From NCBI GenBank assembly GCA_965223295.1, contig CBDCWC010000003.1, positions 1,088,001-1,152,000 of the forward strand: DNA of 64,000 nt. The letters are read 5' to 3'. The DNA is from Nitrospirales bacterium. GTDB lineage: Bacteria; Nitrospirota; Nitrospiria; Nitrospirales; UBA8639. Below are positions 31,461 through 41,759 of this stretch, one piece after another (the stretch's first letter is position 1; every line of letters starts with the position of its first letter). Position numbers and translations under genes: made by a program. The notes beneath the pieces are model-generated. The model was not told the DNA's origin. It saw nothing but the letters and a program-made list of their open reading frames with translations, and searched no databases.

Positions 31461-31895
31461 TTAGGGCATTACCGTCTGTAGTTCTTGACGAAGTTCTTCT
31501 AGTAAATAAGGAGGAAGGTCCCTACCTTGTGCAAGGGTAGTTTGGGCAGCAAGAATTTTTTCTTTAACAGACTGAATCTTGTCTGCCATTCCGCCATTTG
31601 GATCCAGAGCTACGGCCTCATCTAAATGCTGAAGAGCCCGTTCGAATTCTCCAGAGGCTTCTCGAAAATCATGGTCCAATAAGTAGGCGCGGCCTTCGAT
31701 TAACCCATCCTTGGCTTCCAGCATTTTCCGCTGCAATTTGACGGTTTTATCCAAGCCGATCGTATTTTCTAATACCTCCCCTGACAGATTGCGCAATGTG
31801 CGCTTCACCACATCCGGTTGTTGACCCGTATAGTAACCAGCGCCAAAGACCACACCCAAGAGAAGACACCATCGAATAATCTTCATCATAAACAC
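31461..31895 (-). CDS. Hypothetical membrane-anchored protein
   Basis: N-terminal hydrophobic helix ending GAGYYTG; GGAGG RBS. Confidence 0.6.
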   Translation of the reverse strand: MFMMKIIRWCLLLGVVFGAGYYTGQQPDVVKRTLRNLSGEVLENTIGLDKTVKLQRKMLEAKDGLIEGRAYLLDHDFREASGEFERALQHLDEAVALDPNGGMADKIQSVKEKILAAQTTLAQGRDLPPYLLEELRQELQTVMP

Positions 31896-31975
31896 CTCCG
31901 ACGGTTAAGGTTGGTGCAACCAAGGAAGAACAGGAATCCTTACGACGCTGCTTGGAATGCTGCCGTCATTTACTC

Positions 31976-34132
31976 TCAGGCAAGTTTTTCTTCCCTGAGG
32001 GACAGAGCATTCGACAATAAGGGAGCATAGGCCCGTTCCACATATTCTTTTAACATGCGGCGCGCACTAAATCGTGGAGCTCCGGTGCGGATGGCATTTT
32101 TGAGGATCGTACACCATCCATGAGGAATCCCATCAATACCACGATCGTAGTATAGTGGAATGACGTCGTTTTCTAGAAGACTATAGAGGTTCTCGCAATC
32201 CCAACTATCTTGTTTTCCATCATTCACTGGGTCATCAAGAAGAGGAACGGCCCAGCCATTGGTTCCATCATACCCCTCTTTCCACCATCCGTCTAACACG
32301 CTCAAATTGGGCACACCATTTAATGCAGCTTTCTGTCCGCTTGTCCCACTGGCTTCCAGAGGTGGACGTGGGTTATTGAGCCACACATCTACTCCCTGGA
32401 TCAGAAACTTCGCGACATGCATGTCATAATCCTCAACAAACGCAATATGGCCGCCCAGATCATGTGCTTTAGCAAATTGATAAATACGATGGATTAATTC
32501 ACGACCATACTGGTCAGCCGGGTGCGCTTTTCCAGCAAAAATAATCTGAACTGGTCTCCAAGGATTTAACAAAATCTTTTTCAGACGATCCAAATCCGAA
32601 AACAGCAATGTGGCTCGTTTGTATGTAGCAAATCGCCTGGCAAATCCAAGGGTCAACGAATGCGGCTCCAACAACGTGCCGCTTGCTAACAATTGAGTCG
32701 GATCCTTCCTGCCATCCATCCATCCGATTCGAGCTCGTTGACGAATAAAAATGAGCATTTTCCGCTTCAAAAACTGTCTGGTTTCCCATAATTCTTCATT
32801 GGGAATTTCGTGAATCCGCTTCCACAACTCTGGGTCATCGCAATGTTCCCGCCATTCGTGTCCCAAATATTTTTCAAATAACACATCCATTTCTTTTGCG
32901 ATCCACGTCGGAACATGTACCCCATTTGTGACACTGTGAATAGGGACGTTCTCGACTGTACACTCGGGCCAGAGTACCTGGAACATTTTGCGAGAGACCC
33001 GCTCATGTTCCACACTGACTCCGTTAATAAACCCTGCATGACGAATTGCCAAAGCTGTCATATGGAATTGGTCGGCTCCTAATTCAGGATGGCGGCCCAG
33101 CGCCATGAAATCAGCCTGTGTGAGCCCCAACTCTTCCCACCACCAATGGCAATGTTCTCGAATCACTTCTTCTGAGAAAATATCATGTCCGGCCGGGACC
33201 GGAGTATGGGTGGTAAAAACCGTCGATTCTTGCACGTGCTCCACCGCATCAGCCAAGGATAGCCCTTCTTTAACCCTTTCTCTGATGCGTTCTATCAAGA
33301 GGAATGCTGGATGCCCTTCGTTTGCATGCCATACCTGCGGCTCACAGCCTACGGCACGTAGTGCACGTACGCCGCCAATTCCCAGCAAAAGCTCCTGACA
33401 CAAACGTGTATGATGATCGCCCCCATATAGCCGAGCTGAAAGGTGACGATCTTCAGCGGAATTCTCTGATGTATCAGTATCTAAGAGGTAGAGCGAGACT
33501 CGCCCGACCTGGAGGTGCCACACCAGACAGGTCACCATGCGGTGCCCAATAGGAACCTGGACTTTCACTATCTCACCGGTAGGGGTGCGGGCGCAGTCAA
33601 TCGGTATGCTCTTGAGGTCAACCGAATCATACACGGCTTCTTGCCACCCCTCGGCATCAATCACTTGCCGAAAATAAGCCTGGTTATACATAAACCCGAC
33701 GGCCACGAGCGGAATCCCAAGATCACTGGCTTCTTTCAGATGATCGCCAGCGAGAATCCCCAACCCTCCGCTATAGAGGGGCACGGAACGATGCAGTCCA
33801 AATTCAGCGGAAAAATATGCGATCTGGCCTCTGCGTAACTGGGGATAAATGGTGTGAAACCAGTGGTCTTTGGCTCCCATATAGTTCTGAAAGGTATTCA
33901 TGGCAGCCTGATATTGACGAATAAACACCATATCTTCCCGAAGTATATCCAACCGGTTGGGGTCAATTTCTTGTAACTGTTTCATGGGATCATGATGAGT
34001 CAATCGCCATAAGGTTTGATCAAAATAGGAAAAGACGGAGCGGCCTGCAGGCGACCAGCTCCACCACAAGTTATGAGCGAGTTCTGACAGATTGTTAAAT
34101 TCTGTCGGTAAGGTTCTCGACCGAGTCTCCAT
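31976..34132 (-). CDS. glgP: Alpha-glucan (glycogen) phosphorylase
   Basis: YFSAEFG, YSGGLGILAGD, NEGH, FARRFATYKR and the PLP site EASGTSGQK. Confidence 0.95.
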   Translation of the reverse strand: METRSRTLPTEFNNLSELAHNLWWSWSPAGRSVFSYFDQTLWRLTHHDPMKQLQEIDPNRLDILREDMVFIRQYQAAMNTFQNYMGAKDHWFHTIYPQLRRGQIAYFSAEFGLHRSVPLYSGGLGILAGDHLKEASDLGIPLVAVGFMYNQAYFRQVIDAEGWQEAVYDSVDLKSIPIDCARTPTGEIVKVQVPIGHRMVTCLVWHLQVGRVSLYLLDTDTSENSAEDRHLSARLYGGDHHTRLCQELLLGIGGVRALRAVGCEPQVWHANEGHPAFLLIERIRERVKEGLSLADAVEHVQESTVFTTHTPVPAGHDIFSEEVIREHCHWWWEELGLTQADFMALGRHPELGADQFHMTALAIRHAGFINGVSVEHERVSRKMFQVLWPECTVENVPIHSVTNGVHVPTWIAKEMDVLFEKYLGHEWREHCDDPELWKRIHEIPNEELWETRQFLKRKMLIFIRQRARIGWMDGRKDPTQLLASGTLLEPHSLTLGFARRFATYKRATLLFSDLDRLKKILLNPWRPVQIIFAGKAHPADQYGRELIHRIYQFAKAHDLGGHIAFVEDYDMHVAKFLIQGVDVWLNNPRPPLEASGTSGQKAALNGVPNLSVLDGWWKEGYDGTNGWAVPLLDDPVNDGKQDSWDCENLYSLLENDVIPLYYDRGIDGIPHGWCTILKNAIRTGAPRFSARRMLKEYVERAYAPLLSNALSLREEKLA

Positions 34133-34258
34133 TTACAATGCCTCACAGGGAAAGTATCAGGGATAAGGGGAAGGCGACATTACGACATAAAAGTCGCTTA
34201 TCCATTAGCATAGGTGAATGTGAAGAGATGTCAAGGCTCCTGCCGGTGGACACGAGGG

Positions 34259-35164
34259 TCAGGCATTTCCAACCGGACGACTGGCTCCAGCCTGCGCGAG
34301 CGACACAACCACAGCATATCGCTCTCCCACCAGACGGGTGGCTCTGTTCATGTGCTTGGCGAGTTCTTTCGCTTCATCGGGTGGCAGGTCTGTGCGGAAT
34401 TGCGGGTGTAACCCCCACCAGGTCTCAACCTCGTCATCACCCTGAATTCGAGAGACGACACTGATGAGTTTAATGAGCCCTTCACCAGTAGTCCCTTCCG
34501 GAGCAGCAAGAGGGGTGGCCGAACTCGCTTGAACGGTCGGTGTCTCTTCTTTTTTAGGTTTGGATGTATCATCTCCGGTACCGGTTGAGGGAGAAGGTGC
34601 CTCCGTTTTTGGTTTCATCGCATCATCGAACAGGCTTTGGAGAGCGGGAACAACAGCAGATCCGCACAAAAACGCCGCTGAGGTAATTTCTGTCTTGCCA
34701 GACGCGCCAGCCTTTGAGGCAACTCGCTCGGAGAAAAATTGAAAAAATTGATCACGTTCCTTGGTCTGATCGGTCACCACAAATTTAAACCGCTCATACA
34801 CTTCGCGGCTCTCTGCAACCGTTTGTCCGACGGAGAGCATCACTTCCATTTCATCAACTTCAGTCGAACTAAGGGAAGGGGCTAACACGGTCTTCAATTC
34901 ATGAGAGACAGAATCTTCTAAGCTATTCATAAAGTCTCGCTGGGCCTGAATAGGAATATAAAAGGCCGAGAGCCGATCCACCAAATTAAACAACATGCGA
35001 AGAAATTCTAAATAAATATCCCATTCCTGCTTTCGCTGAAGTTTTAAGGCTTGTTGCTGGTCGGACCGCTTAATCAAGTTGACAGATTCGCGCGACACAC
35101 TCATCATCGTATGTGCCAGATCTTTCAAAATTCCGGTATAGTTTTCTGTCGAAGCCTTTGCCAT
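34259..35164 (-). CDS. Hypothetical protein
   Basis: 301-aa ORF with GGAGGA RBS; no recognised motif. Confidence 0.65.
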   Translation of the reverse strand: MAKASTENYTGILKDLAHTMMSVSRESVNLIKRSDQQQALKLQRKQEWDIYLEFLRMLFNLVDRLSAFYIPIQAQRDFMNSLEDSVSHELKTVLAPSLSSTEVDEMEVMLSVGQTVAESREVYERFKFVVTDQTKERDQFFQFFSERVASKAGASGKTEITSAAFLCGSAVVPALQSLFDDAMKPKTEAPSPSTGTGDDTSKPKKEETPTVQASSATPLAAPEGTTGEGLIKLISVVSRIQGDDEVETWWGLHPQFRTDLPPDEAKELAKHMNRATRLVGERYAVVVSLAQAGASRPVGNA

Positions 35165-35335
35165 ATCATGATTCCTCCGGTGAACAAAGGCGAATTATAA
35201 CTGAGGGTTCGGAGACCTGTCCAAGCAGAATTCCTCCTGCGTTGCAACACACCGGAGCCTATGCTATACACGGCCAACCCCGATCGCGTGAGTCTGTTTT
35301 TACGAAGAACCTTAGACTATTTCCCTTAGAGATTC

Positions 35336-37348
35336 ATGGATTCCACATCGGCAAACCCCAAAACCTATGTACTCAAGCGTCCGCTTGACGAAGCCACCCC
35401 TCCTCCTCTCTCCCGAAACTACGCTGAAGAACTCAATGCTCAACAACTTGCTGCTGTTGAAGCAGTCGACGGACCGGCCCTCGTTATTGCTGGAGCCGGG
35501 AGTGGAAAAACCCGTACGTTGGTCTACCGGGTCGCCCGACTGATTGACCTGGGGATCCCGCCCAGTTCCATTTTGCTGCTGACCTTTACCCGAAAAGCCG
35601 CACAAGAAATGTTAGAACGAGTCGGTCTTCTGATCGGACTCCGGAGCCAACAAGTCAGCGGAGGAACATTTCATTCCACAGCCAACCTCCTCTTGCGTCG
35701 CTATGGCCAACCGGTTGGCTTGGAGCCCAGCTTTACCATCTTAGATCGAGTCGATTCGGAGGATTTGTTGAACCTCTTACGCGGCCAACTGGGCCTGAAC
35801 GACATGGGCAAACGGTTCCCCCGCAAACACACCATCGCGGAAATGTTTGGAAAAACAGCAAATACCTTAGCCAGTTTGGAGGATATCGTCCTTAATGAAT
35901 ACAGCCATTTCGGGAATTATTTGGACGAACTCACGAAACTCCAAACTGCCTATGAATCGGCCAAACGGCAACGTCAATTGGTCGACTACGATGATCTGTT
36001 AGTCAAGATGTTGGAACTTCTCGTCGTTGACGAACATTCTCGAGAAACCATTAGCCAAACCTTTCGTTATATTTTAGTTGATGAATACCAGGACACCAAT
36101 CGCCTGCAAGCCTCACTGGTACGGAACTTAGCCGCAACTCATCAAAACGTCATGGTCGTCGGGGATGACTCTCAATCCATCTATGCGTTTCGCGGCGCCA
36201 CGTTTCGGAACATCATGGAGTTTCCAGAGCTCTTCCCGGGCACGACGATCTACAAGTTGGAAGAAAACTATCGAAGCACCCAGCCCATTCTACAACTGGC
36301 CAACAAGCTTATTGCCGCTGCGCCAGAACGATATAGTAAAACCCTGTTCACTCGGCAAGACGAAGGTCCATTACCCAGCCTAGTGCAGGCTATGGGCGAG
36401 AATGCCCAGTCTCGTTTCATTGCACAAAAAATCTTAGAGCTTCGAGAAGAGGGTATTGCCTTAGATGAAATCGCCGTCTTGTTCCGATCCAGCTTTCATG
36501 CATTTGACCTGGAATTAGAACTCTCCCGTCGGAATTTGCCGTTCATTAAGCGCGGCGGGTTCAAGTTTATAGAAACCGCCCACGTCAAAGACCTACTCGC
36601 GCATTTGCGCGTAATTCACAATCCGTTAGATACCGTGAGTTGGAACCGATTGCTTCTTCTCCTTGAAGGAGTGGGGCCCAAAAAATCAAGAGATCTCATC
36701 GCCATGATTCTGCAGGCTCATGGCAGTTATGAATGTCTGAAACACAGTACAGGTCGATCGGCAGCAGGCCTGCGGCATTTGGCCGCCACGTTAGCAGAAT
36801 TGACCAAAGAGCCTCTCAGCCCGGCTGTGCTCCTTGGAGAAATGCTGGAATATTACTTGCCGCTCCTCAAAGACCAATATGACGATTATCCCAAACGGAT
36901 TCGCGACCTGGAACATTTATCGGTCATGGCAGAGCGCTATGAAAACCTCAATCAATTCCTGGCGGACCTGACTCTAGAACCGCCCAATGAAAGTATGTCA
37001 GATATTGAGGCTCCAGACGTTGATGATGAACGGTTGATTCTCTCCACGATTCATTCGGCCAAGGGCCTCGAGTGGCGATGTGTTTTTGTCATGTGGTTGG
37101 TGGATGGTCGATTTCCCTCGGCCTACTCATTTTCTGACGAGGATGGCCTGGAAGAAGAGCGGCGGCTCTTGTATGTGGCTATTACTCGTGCGAAACAGCA
37201 TCTCTTCCTCACCTACCCGATAAATGTGTACGATAAGATGACGGGGGCTGTGCTCTCGAAACCTTCACGGTTTTTCGATCACATCCCTTCGTCACATTTT
37301 GAAACCTGGAATTTGGTGGAAGAAGATCAAACATACTCCTGGAGATAA
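35336..37348 (+). CDS. UvrD/PcrA/Rep-family ATP-dependent helicase
   Basis: AGAGSGKT, VDEYQDTN, GDDSQSIY, ENYRS, STIHSAKGLE and EERRLLYVAITRA. Confidence 0.95.
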   Translation: MDSTSANPKTYVLKRPLDEATPPPLSRNYAEELNAQQLAAVEAVDGPALVIAGAGSGKTRTLVYRVARLIDLGIPPSSILLLTFTRKAAQEMLERVGLLIGLRSQQVSGGTFHSTANLLLRRYGQPVGLEPSFTILDRVDSEDLLNLLRGQLGLNDMGKRFPRKHTIAEMFGKTANTLASLEDIVLNEYSHFGNYLDELTKLQTAYESAKRQRQLVDYDDLLVKMLELLVVDEHSRETISQTFRYILVDEYQDTNRLQASLVRNLAATHQNVMVVGDDSQSIYAFRGATFRNIMEFPELFPGTTIYKLEENYRSTQPILQLANKLIAAAPERYSKTLFTRQDEGPLPSLVQAMGENAQSRFIAQKILELREEGIALDEIAVLFRSSFHAFDLELELSRRNLPFIKRGGFKFIETAHVKDLLAHLRVIHNPLDTVSWNRLLLLLEGVGPKKSRDLIAMILQAHGSYECLKHSTGRSAAGLRHLAATLAELTKEPLSPAVLLGEMLEYYLPLLKDQYDDYPKRIRDLEHLSVMAERYENLNQFLADLTLEPPNESMSDIEAPDVDDERLILSTIHSAKGLEWRCVFVMWLVDGRFPSAYSFSDEDGLEEERRLLYVAITRAKQHLFLTYPINVYDKMTGAVLSKPSRFFDHIPSSHFETWNLVEEDQTYSWR

Positions 37349-37352
37349 ACCT

Positions 37353-38261
37353 GTGCGAAAACTTCCAATAACCATTAGCAGCATTATTTTCATGTCATAC
37401 ATCAGTATCGCTCTGAGCGGATTAGCCTGGGCTGAAGAAGCTGCATCTGGAGACCGGCCACAACCGAGGAATCCCTGGCCAGCCTTACTCCAACAAGCAA
37501 AAAGCTTAGGGTTGACCACAGAATTTCTGACTCATATCGATCCCAATTTTGTGAATATTACCTTTGAAGATCTCCGAACATACGCTGCCGAATATCACCC
37601 TGAAGATCATCGAATGATTCTGAATATGCGTCTGTCATTCAATGAAGCTGGCGGAGCCTTAGCTGACCTTGCCCGTATGACTCACCACGACCTGGCGCTT
37701 CTCTATCATGAACTCCTCCATGCCTATTTGGATTACCTCTATGCTGATGAGCAGCACACACCTCTCACTACTGAGGATAAGCAAGTGCTTGATTTCGCCA
37801 ATAGCCAAATGGCGTGCCATTATCGCTTTGTGCGCATTAATCCGATACGTCAACTCAAAGGTGCCACGGAACTGCGTTTTCTATCTGACCAAGATACTTG
37901 GGAAGTCATGAACGAAACCTGGGCGGTCTTTGTAGGGTGGGTTCACTGGACCAAACTTGAACTCTTTCAGGGAAAACTTTCCGACAGTGCTTGGACACCG
38001 AACCTTATTGCGCAATGGACAGACCGATTGGAGAAAGCGGTCGAATCTGGGGAATTACTTGGCTACTATGAACCCGACGATCCTGAAGAACGAAAGGTCG
38101 CCCGCAAACGGTTTATCGCCCCGTCGAATGGACTGACTCCGCAAGATGTTGACTATCTTCTCACGAAGGTTTTGCACGAACCGCCTGAATTGGTGGAGGC
38201 CTCCAAAAACGTCTTTGAAGCTTATCAAGTTGATCAAGAACCACCACCTTCTTGCGAGTAA
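37353..38261 (+). CDS. Exported hypothetical protein with HEXXH (zincin-like) motif
   Basis: GTG start after GGAGA; signal-like N-terminus; LYHELLHAY. Confidence 0.6.
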   Translation: MRKLPITISSIIFMSYISIALSGLAWAEEAASGDRPQPRNPWPALLQQAKSLGLTTEFLTHIDPNFVNITFEDLRTYAAEYHPEDHRMILNMRLSFNEAGGALADLARMTHHDLALLYHELLHAYLDYLYADEQHTPLTTEDKQVLDFANSQMACHYRFVRINPIRQLKGATELRFLSDQDTWEVMNETWAVFVGWVHWTKLELFQGKLSDSAWTPNLIAQWTDRLEKAVESGELLGYYEPDDPEERKVARKRFIAPSNGLTPQDVDYLLTKVLHEPPELVEASKNVFEAYQVDQEPPPSCE

Positions 38262-38334
38262 ACTAGACCTCAAACTCGGGTAGACTTCAATCAAACAACC
38301 ATGCTAGCTTCAAAATCTTTCCTCACCAAATTCA

Positions 38335-38372
38335 CCTCTCCCACCTGGGGGAGAGGGCTAGGGTGAGGGGGG
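38335..38372. repeat. REP-like GC-rich palindrome
   Basis: CCTCTCCCACCTGGGGGAGAGGGCTAGGGTGAGGGG matches the widespread ccctctccc..gggagagggN4gggtgaggg REP type. Confidence 0.55.
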
Positions 38373-38408
38373 AAAGCATCAGAAAATTCGAAGATACTGA
38401 ACAGGTGT

Positions 38409-38484
38409 GCGCCTGTAGCTCAGTGGATAGAGCACTGGCCTCCGGAGCCAGGGGCCACAGGTTCAAATCCTGTCAGGCGCACCA
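38409..38484 (+). tRNA. tRNA-Arg(CCG)
   Basis: Acceptor stem GCGCCTG/CAGGCGC, anticodon arm CTGGC-CTCCGGA-GCCAG, encoded CCA. Confidence 0.95.
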
Positions 38485-38489
38485 TTTGT

Positions 38490-38568
38490 AAAGTGAGAAG
38501 GTAAAAGTAAGAAGTGAGCAGCAGGAAAAGTATTCTTTTTACGTCTCACTCCTTACTTTTCACTTTTT
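38490..38568. repeat. Degenerate heptamer tandem repeats in inverted arrangement between two tRNAs
   Basis: AAGTGAG-AAGGTAA-AAGTAAG-AAGTGAG followed by the complementary-type TACGTCT-CACTCCT-TACTTTT-CACTTTT. Confidence 0.55.
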
Positions 38569-38577
38569 TGATCCGGT

Positions 38578-38653
<76 letters not shown>

Positions 38654-38688
38654 TCTTTTTTAAAAACCACATGAAGCCCTCATTTTTC

Positions 38689-39105
38689 CTATTCCCTACT
38701 TATGGGAATAGCTTCCGTTCTTCCCTGTGAGCCTTCACGCGTTTGATAACTTTCCGAAGTAACCCTTTTGCACCTAATGAATCCCACTGAAAACTTCTTC
38801 GTCGAGCGGACAGTTCGTTTTTCGTCTATCCCAGTTAGCCTAAGGGGATAGACTTCCCGTGTGCAGCTCAAGTAACCCCCATAGTTTCTGATCCCTCTCT
38901 TATCAGCTGAACCCTTCAGCTTTGGGGCCAGCAGTCGACAGGGTAAGTAACCCGTCGCGAGTGGTTTGGATTTGGTTGATTCATTTTTTGCTTCAGACTT
39001 CACTTCCGGTAACCGAAACGACGTTATAGCCCCTTTCACGTGAGTGTCCTGGTTCTGTAGCTAGGGACCTAAGCGTATTAGCCTTTCTAGCAACAGGATG
39101 CCAGA
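38689..39105 (-). ncRNA. Candidate large structured RNA (group II intron domain I-III-like, no DV/DVI)
   Basis: At least eight adjacent or nested stems; G-U pairs favour the minus strand; no convincing ORF. Confidence 0.5.
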
Positions 39106-39281
39106 AAGTTTCAATAGTGGAGGGTGTTCAAAAATTTATGTCGACACAGATAGACCGAGGTGTAGCCATAGAATTTGTGAGGCCGGTTTCAACATCTACC
39201 ACCGCCTTGGCATGAGACAAAGATAGCTGATTCCTAACTAGCTGACACGAGACCGTTCACCTCAGAATTTGGAGATTTCTA

Positions 39282-40097
39282 ATGGAACGAAAACAAACGC
39301 CCTGGCTACTTATCCTCCTTCTCTTTGTTCTCTTCCTATCTGCCTCGGCCCATGCAAATGTTCCAGCGGGGCCAGATGTTGATGACCGAAGAAACAATAC
39401 AGCAGCACTCATACAGTTAAAGGCTTTAGCTGAAGAGGGACATGTTAGTTCACAATACGATCTGGGAGTCTTATATACCAAGGGGCAAGGGGTGACCCGA
39501 GATCCTCAGAAAGCCTTGCACTGGTTTCAATTAGCTAGCGAACAGGGACACTCCTTGGCGCAATACAATTTAGGAGTGATGTACCATGAGGGTCGAAGTG
39601 TCCCAAAAGATTTACAGGTAGCCTCTCATTTATATCGTCTTGCGGCTGATCAAGGACTGGCTGCGGCACAGAGTAACTTGGGAGTGTTGTACTTTCTGGG
39701 TCAGGGTGTGCCGCAAGATGATCAGAAGGCTGTGTATTGGTATCGGCTAGCGGCGGAGCAGGGAGATTCTGTCGCGCAGGTCATGCTGGGCAATATGTTC
39801 CGTCTTGGCCGTGGAGTGGAAGAAAACGAGCAAGAGGCTGTTCATTGGTGGAGAAAGGCGGCAGAAACGGGAAATAAGTTCGCACAGTATCAATTGGGAC
39901 TGAGCTACGCAGTGAGCAGTGAAATGGGTACAGATCCTGACAAGATTGAAGCCTATAAATGGTTTGTCATCTCTGCCTCACAAGGAAACAAAGACGCAGA
40001 ATCGTTGATGACATCAATGGGTGAAGAAATGACCGAAGCTCAGATAGCAGAAGCTCGGCAGCTTGCCCAGTCATGGATGGCCAATCATCAGAAATGA
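39282..40097 (+). CDS. Sel1-repeat exported protein
   Basis: Signal peptide; repeated AQYNLGVMY..G.GV..D...A..W...AAEQG. Confidence 0.92.
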   Translation: MERKQTPWLLILLLFVLFLSASAHANVPAGPDVDDRRNNTAALIQLKALAEEGHVSSQYDLGVLYTKGQGVTRDPQKALHWFQLASEQGHSLAQYNLGVMYHEGRSVPKDLQVASHLYRLAADQGLAAAQSNLGVLYFLGQGVPQDDQKAVYWYRLAAEQGDSVAQVMLGNMFRLGRGVEENEQEAVHWWRKAAETGNKFAQYQLGLSYAVSSEMGTDPDKIEAYKWFVISASQGNKDAESLMTSMGEEMTEAQIAEARQLAQSWMANHQK

Positions 40098-40159
40098 TTG
40101 AAATACATTGAATCACTCCAAAACAGTCAACCACTTACCAGGTTTCTCCCTTCCTACCA

Positions 40160-40246
40160 GGGCCTGTTGAAAAAAACCGCCAGCTGAGTTCCCTGGCTTC
40201 GCCGAGGCGGCTTCGCACAGGCGAGCGGACTGTTTTGAACTGGACC
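40160..40246. repeat. MITE-like repeat family A, shortened divergent copy
   Basis: GGGCCTGTTGAAAAAAACCGCCAGC...GGACTGTTTTGAACTGGACC. Confidence 0.55.
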
Positions 40247-41112
40247 GTCGGATTGAAGGCACAAGCCCTCTTAGAGCATGTTCTGGACTTGAAATTGAAC
40301 TATTCAATACTGTCTACAAAAGATGTCTCTCTGAAGACTTCAAAGGGTTCTTCTGCCTTTTCATAATTTCTATACTCCCAAGTAATTCTTCACAAATGAA
40401 AATTTGGGTTAACTTGGTGTCAATAAATACAGAGGAATGTTCAATGAGATCGAGAGACCTCGCACAGAAATTCAATAAGGCGTGGCGATTATAGCGTTGG
40501 GCCGATGGGTAACTTAGACTGCTGGGAGTGATAAACCTAGAAAAAGTGCCGGAGCGATTGATTGGAGTTTGTTAGTCGAGACGGGATAAATGCTTGAAGA
40601 CAATATGTTGTTTTCGCGTTCGTCTTCGCTGTTGTAATGACTCTAAAGGATTGGGAAATAGTCGATACTTTAGACAACATGGCTCATCGAGTGTCGACTC
40701 TGCACGACGCCCCTGTAAGATGCAGCCTAGCAATATCAGACTTGCCACCAGGCCAAGCAGCCATAGCAGCGTGATCATTATTTCCTTACCCAAAAGAGTA
40801 CGACACCAATCATCAGCACCCACCATCTGAGACTGATCGAATGTTGTTCTCCAACACCATGATAGGAATAGCGTTTACTCATCACGGCCTCCTTGTTAGT
40901 AGATTGTCTTTTACCCTACTTCGAGGATGAAATTTCTGACCATTCCTCAAAGGTCCAAGATAGAACCCGCTCGAAAGAGGGAGCCATGCCCCGTCATGTT
41001 GAAAAAATTCTGGGGGATAACTTGGGCTCTGAGGAGCAGACTACTCCAATGGAGGGGGAGCGTGATGTTTCTTGCCAGAAATACCAAAAATCATCTCTGC
41101 CGAATTTTTAAT

Positions 41113-41132
41113 CAGATACATGAGTGTATCTG
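41113..41132. promoter_or_regulatory. Perfect palindrome, candidate activator binding site
   Basis: CAGATACA-TGAG-TGTATCTG, about 120 bp upstream of a sigma-54-like promoter. Confidence 0.45.
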
Positions 41133-41251
41133 TTTTGATACTTCCCTGTTCATGGGGCACCATGCCTCCTTCCCCGCAACATCTTGAATTTCTTCAATAA
41201 ATCAGGCGGTTGTCGGTCTTTTGAGGGAGTAGCGCGATGTGATGCCGAACC

Positions 41252-41267
41252 TGGCATTAAGGTTGCT
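41252..41267 (+). promoter_or_regulatory. Putative sigma-54 (-24/-12) promoter
   Basis: TGGCATTAAGGTTGCT versus the consensus TGGCACG-N4-TTGCW, with exact GG/GC spacing. Confidence 0.6.
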
Positions 41268-41438
41268 TTATCCGTCACTAAGGGCGCGAAGGGAACGACG
41301 AAGAAGGAAGTCATTATGAATTGGACCCTATGGCTTATGGCCACTATTGAAGCTTGTATGGGGGGCTTTTCCCTTCATTTCATTTGGAGAAACTCTCGCT
41401 AACCTTCAGAGTCACTGCTTAAGAAAAGACGAAAAGCC

Positions 41439-41759
41439 ATGCGTACCGAGAGCTTTCTTAATCTTCCTATCGAAACTGTGGATTGGGGGACGCTCGCGCC
41501 CATCTATCCTTTTCGATTCAAAGGCCCAGGGTATCTCTACTGCAACTGGTGTGCGCATCACATTCGGTTGGTTCGTCGTACGGAAGCCGGAGTGAACTGT
41601 TTTGACTGTGGACAGGCCTTGGCTCTTGCTCCGTCATCGTTCATTCAGGAAGACTCATCAGTCACAAAGTCCGACCCCTTGCCTGAGAATTTTTCAGTAA
41701 TCACTCGAGAAGAAATGGAGGCACGCAATGTCACGAAATTATCGTCCCTTAACCTATGA
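41439..41759 (+). CDS. Small hypothetical protein with a CxxC...CxxC zinc-ribbon pattern
   Basis: CNWC and CFDC; its 3' end overlaps the next ORF. Confidence 0.45.
   Translation: MRTESFLNLPIETVDWGTLAPIYPFRFKGPGYLYCNWCAHHIRLVRRTEAGVNCFDCGQALALAPSSFIQEDSSVTKSDPLPENFSVITREEMEARNVTKLSSLNL

Noticed and set aside
38689-39039. 116-aa minus-strand ORF in the ORF track
   Set aside because: No clear RBS or protein motif; the region is better explained by dense RNA-like base pairing.
38689-39105. tmRNA, RNase P RNA, 6S or SRP RNA as the identity of the structured element
   Set aside because: No tRNA-like ends with a TTCRA arm and CCA, no GAGGAAAGTCC motif, and the size and fold do not fit 6S or SRP.
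39154-39210. Stem CCGAGGTG...CGCCTTGG upstream of the Sel1 gene as a riboswitch
   Set aside because: It is a single plausible stem with no recognisable aptamer consensus.
40572-40826. 84-aa hydrophobic minus-strand ORF and other short ORFs in 40100-41100 and 42000-42860
   Set aside because: Possible small genes, but with no motif or clear RBS the support is insufficient.
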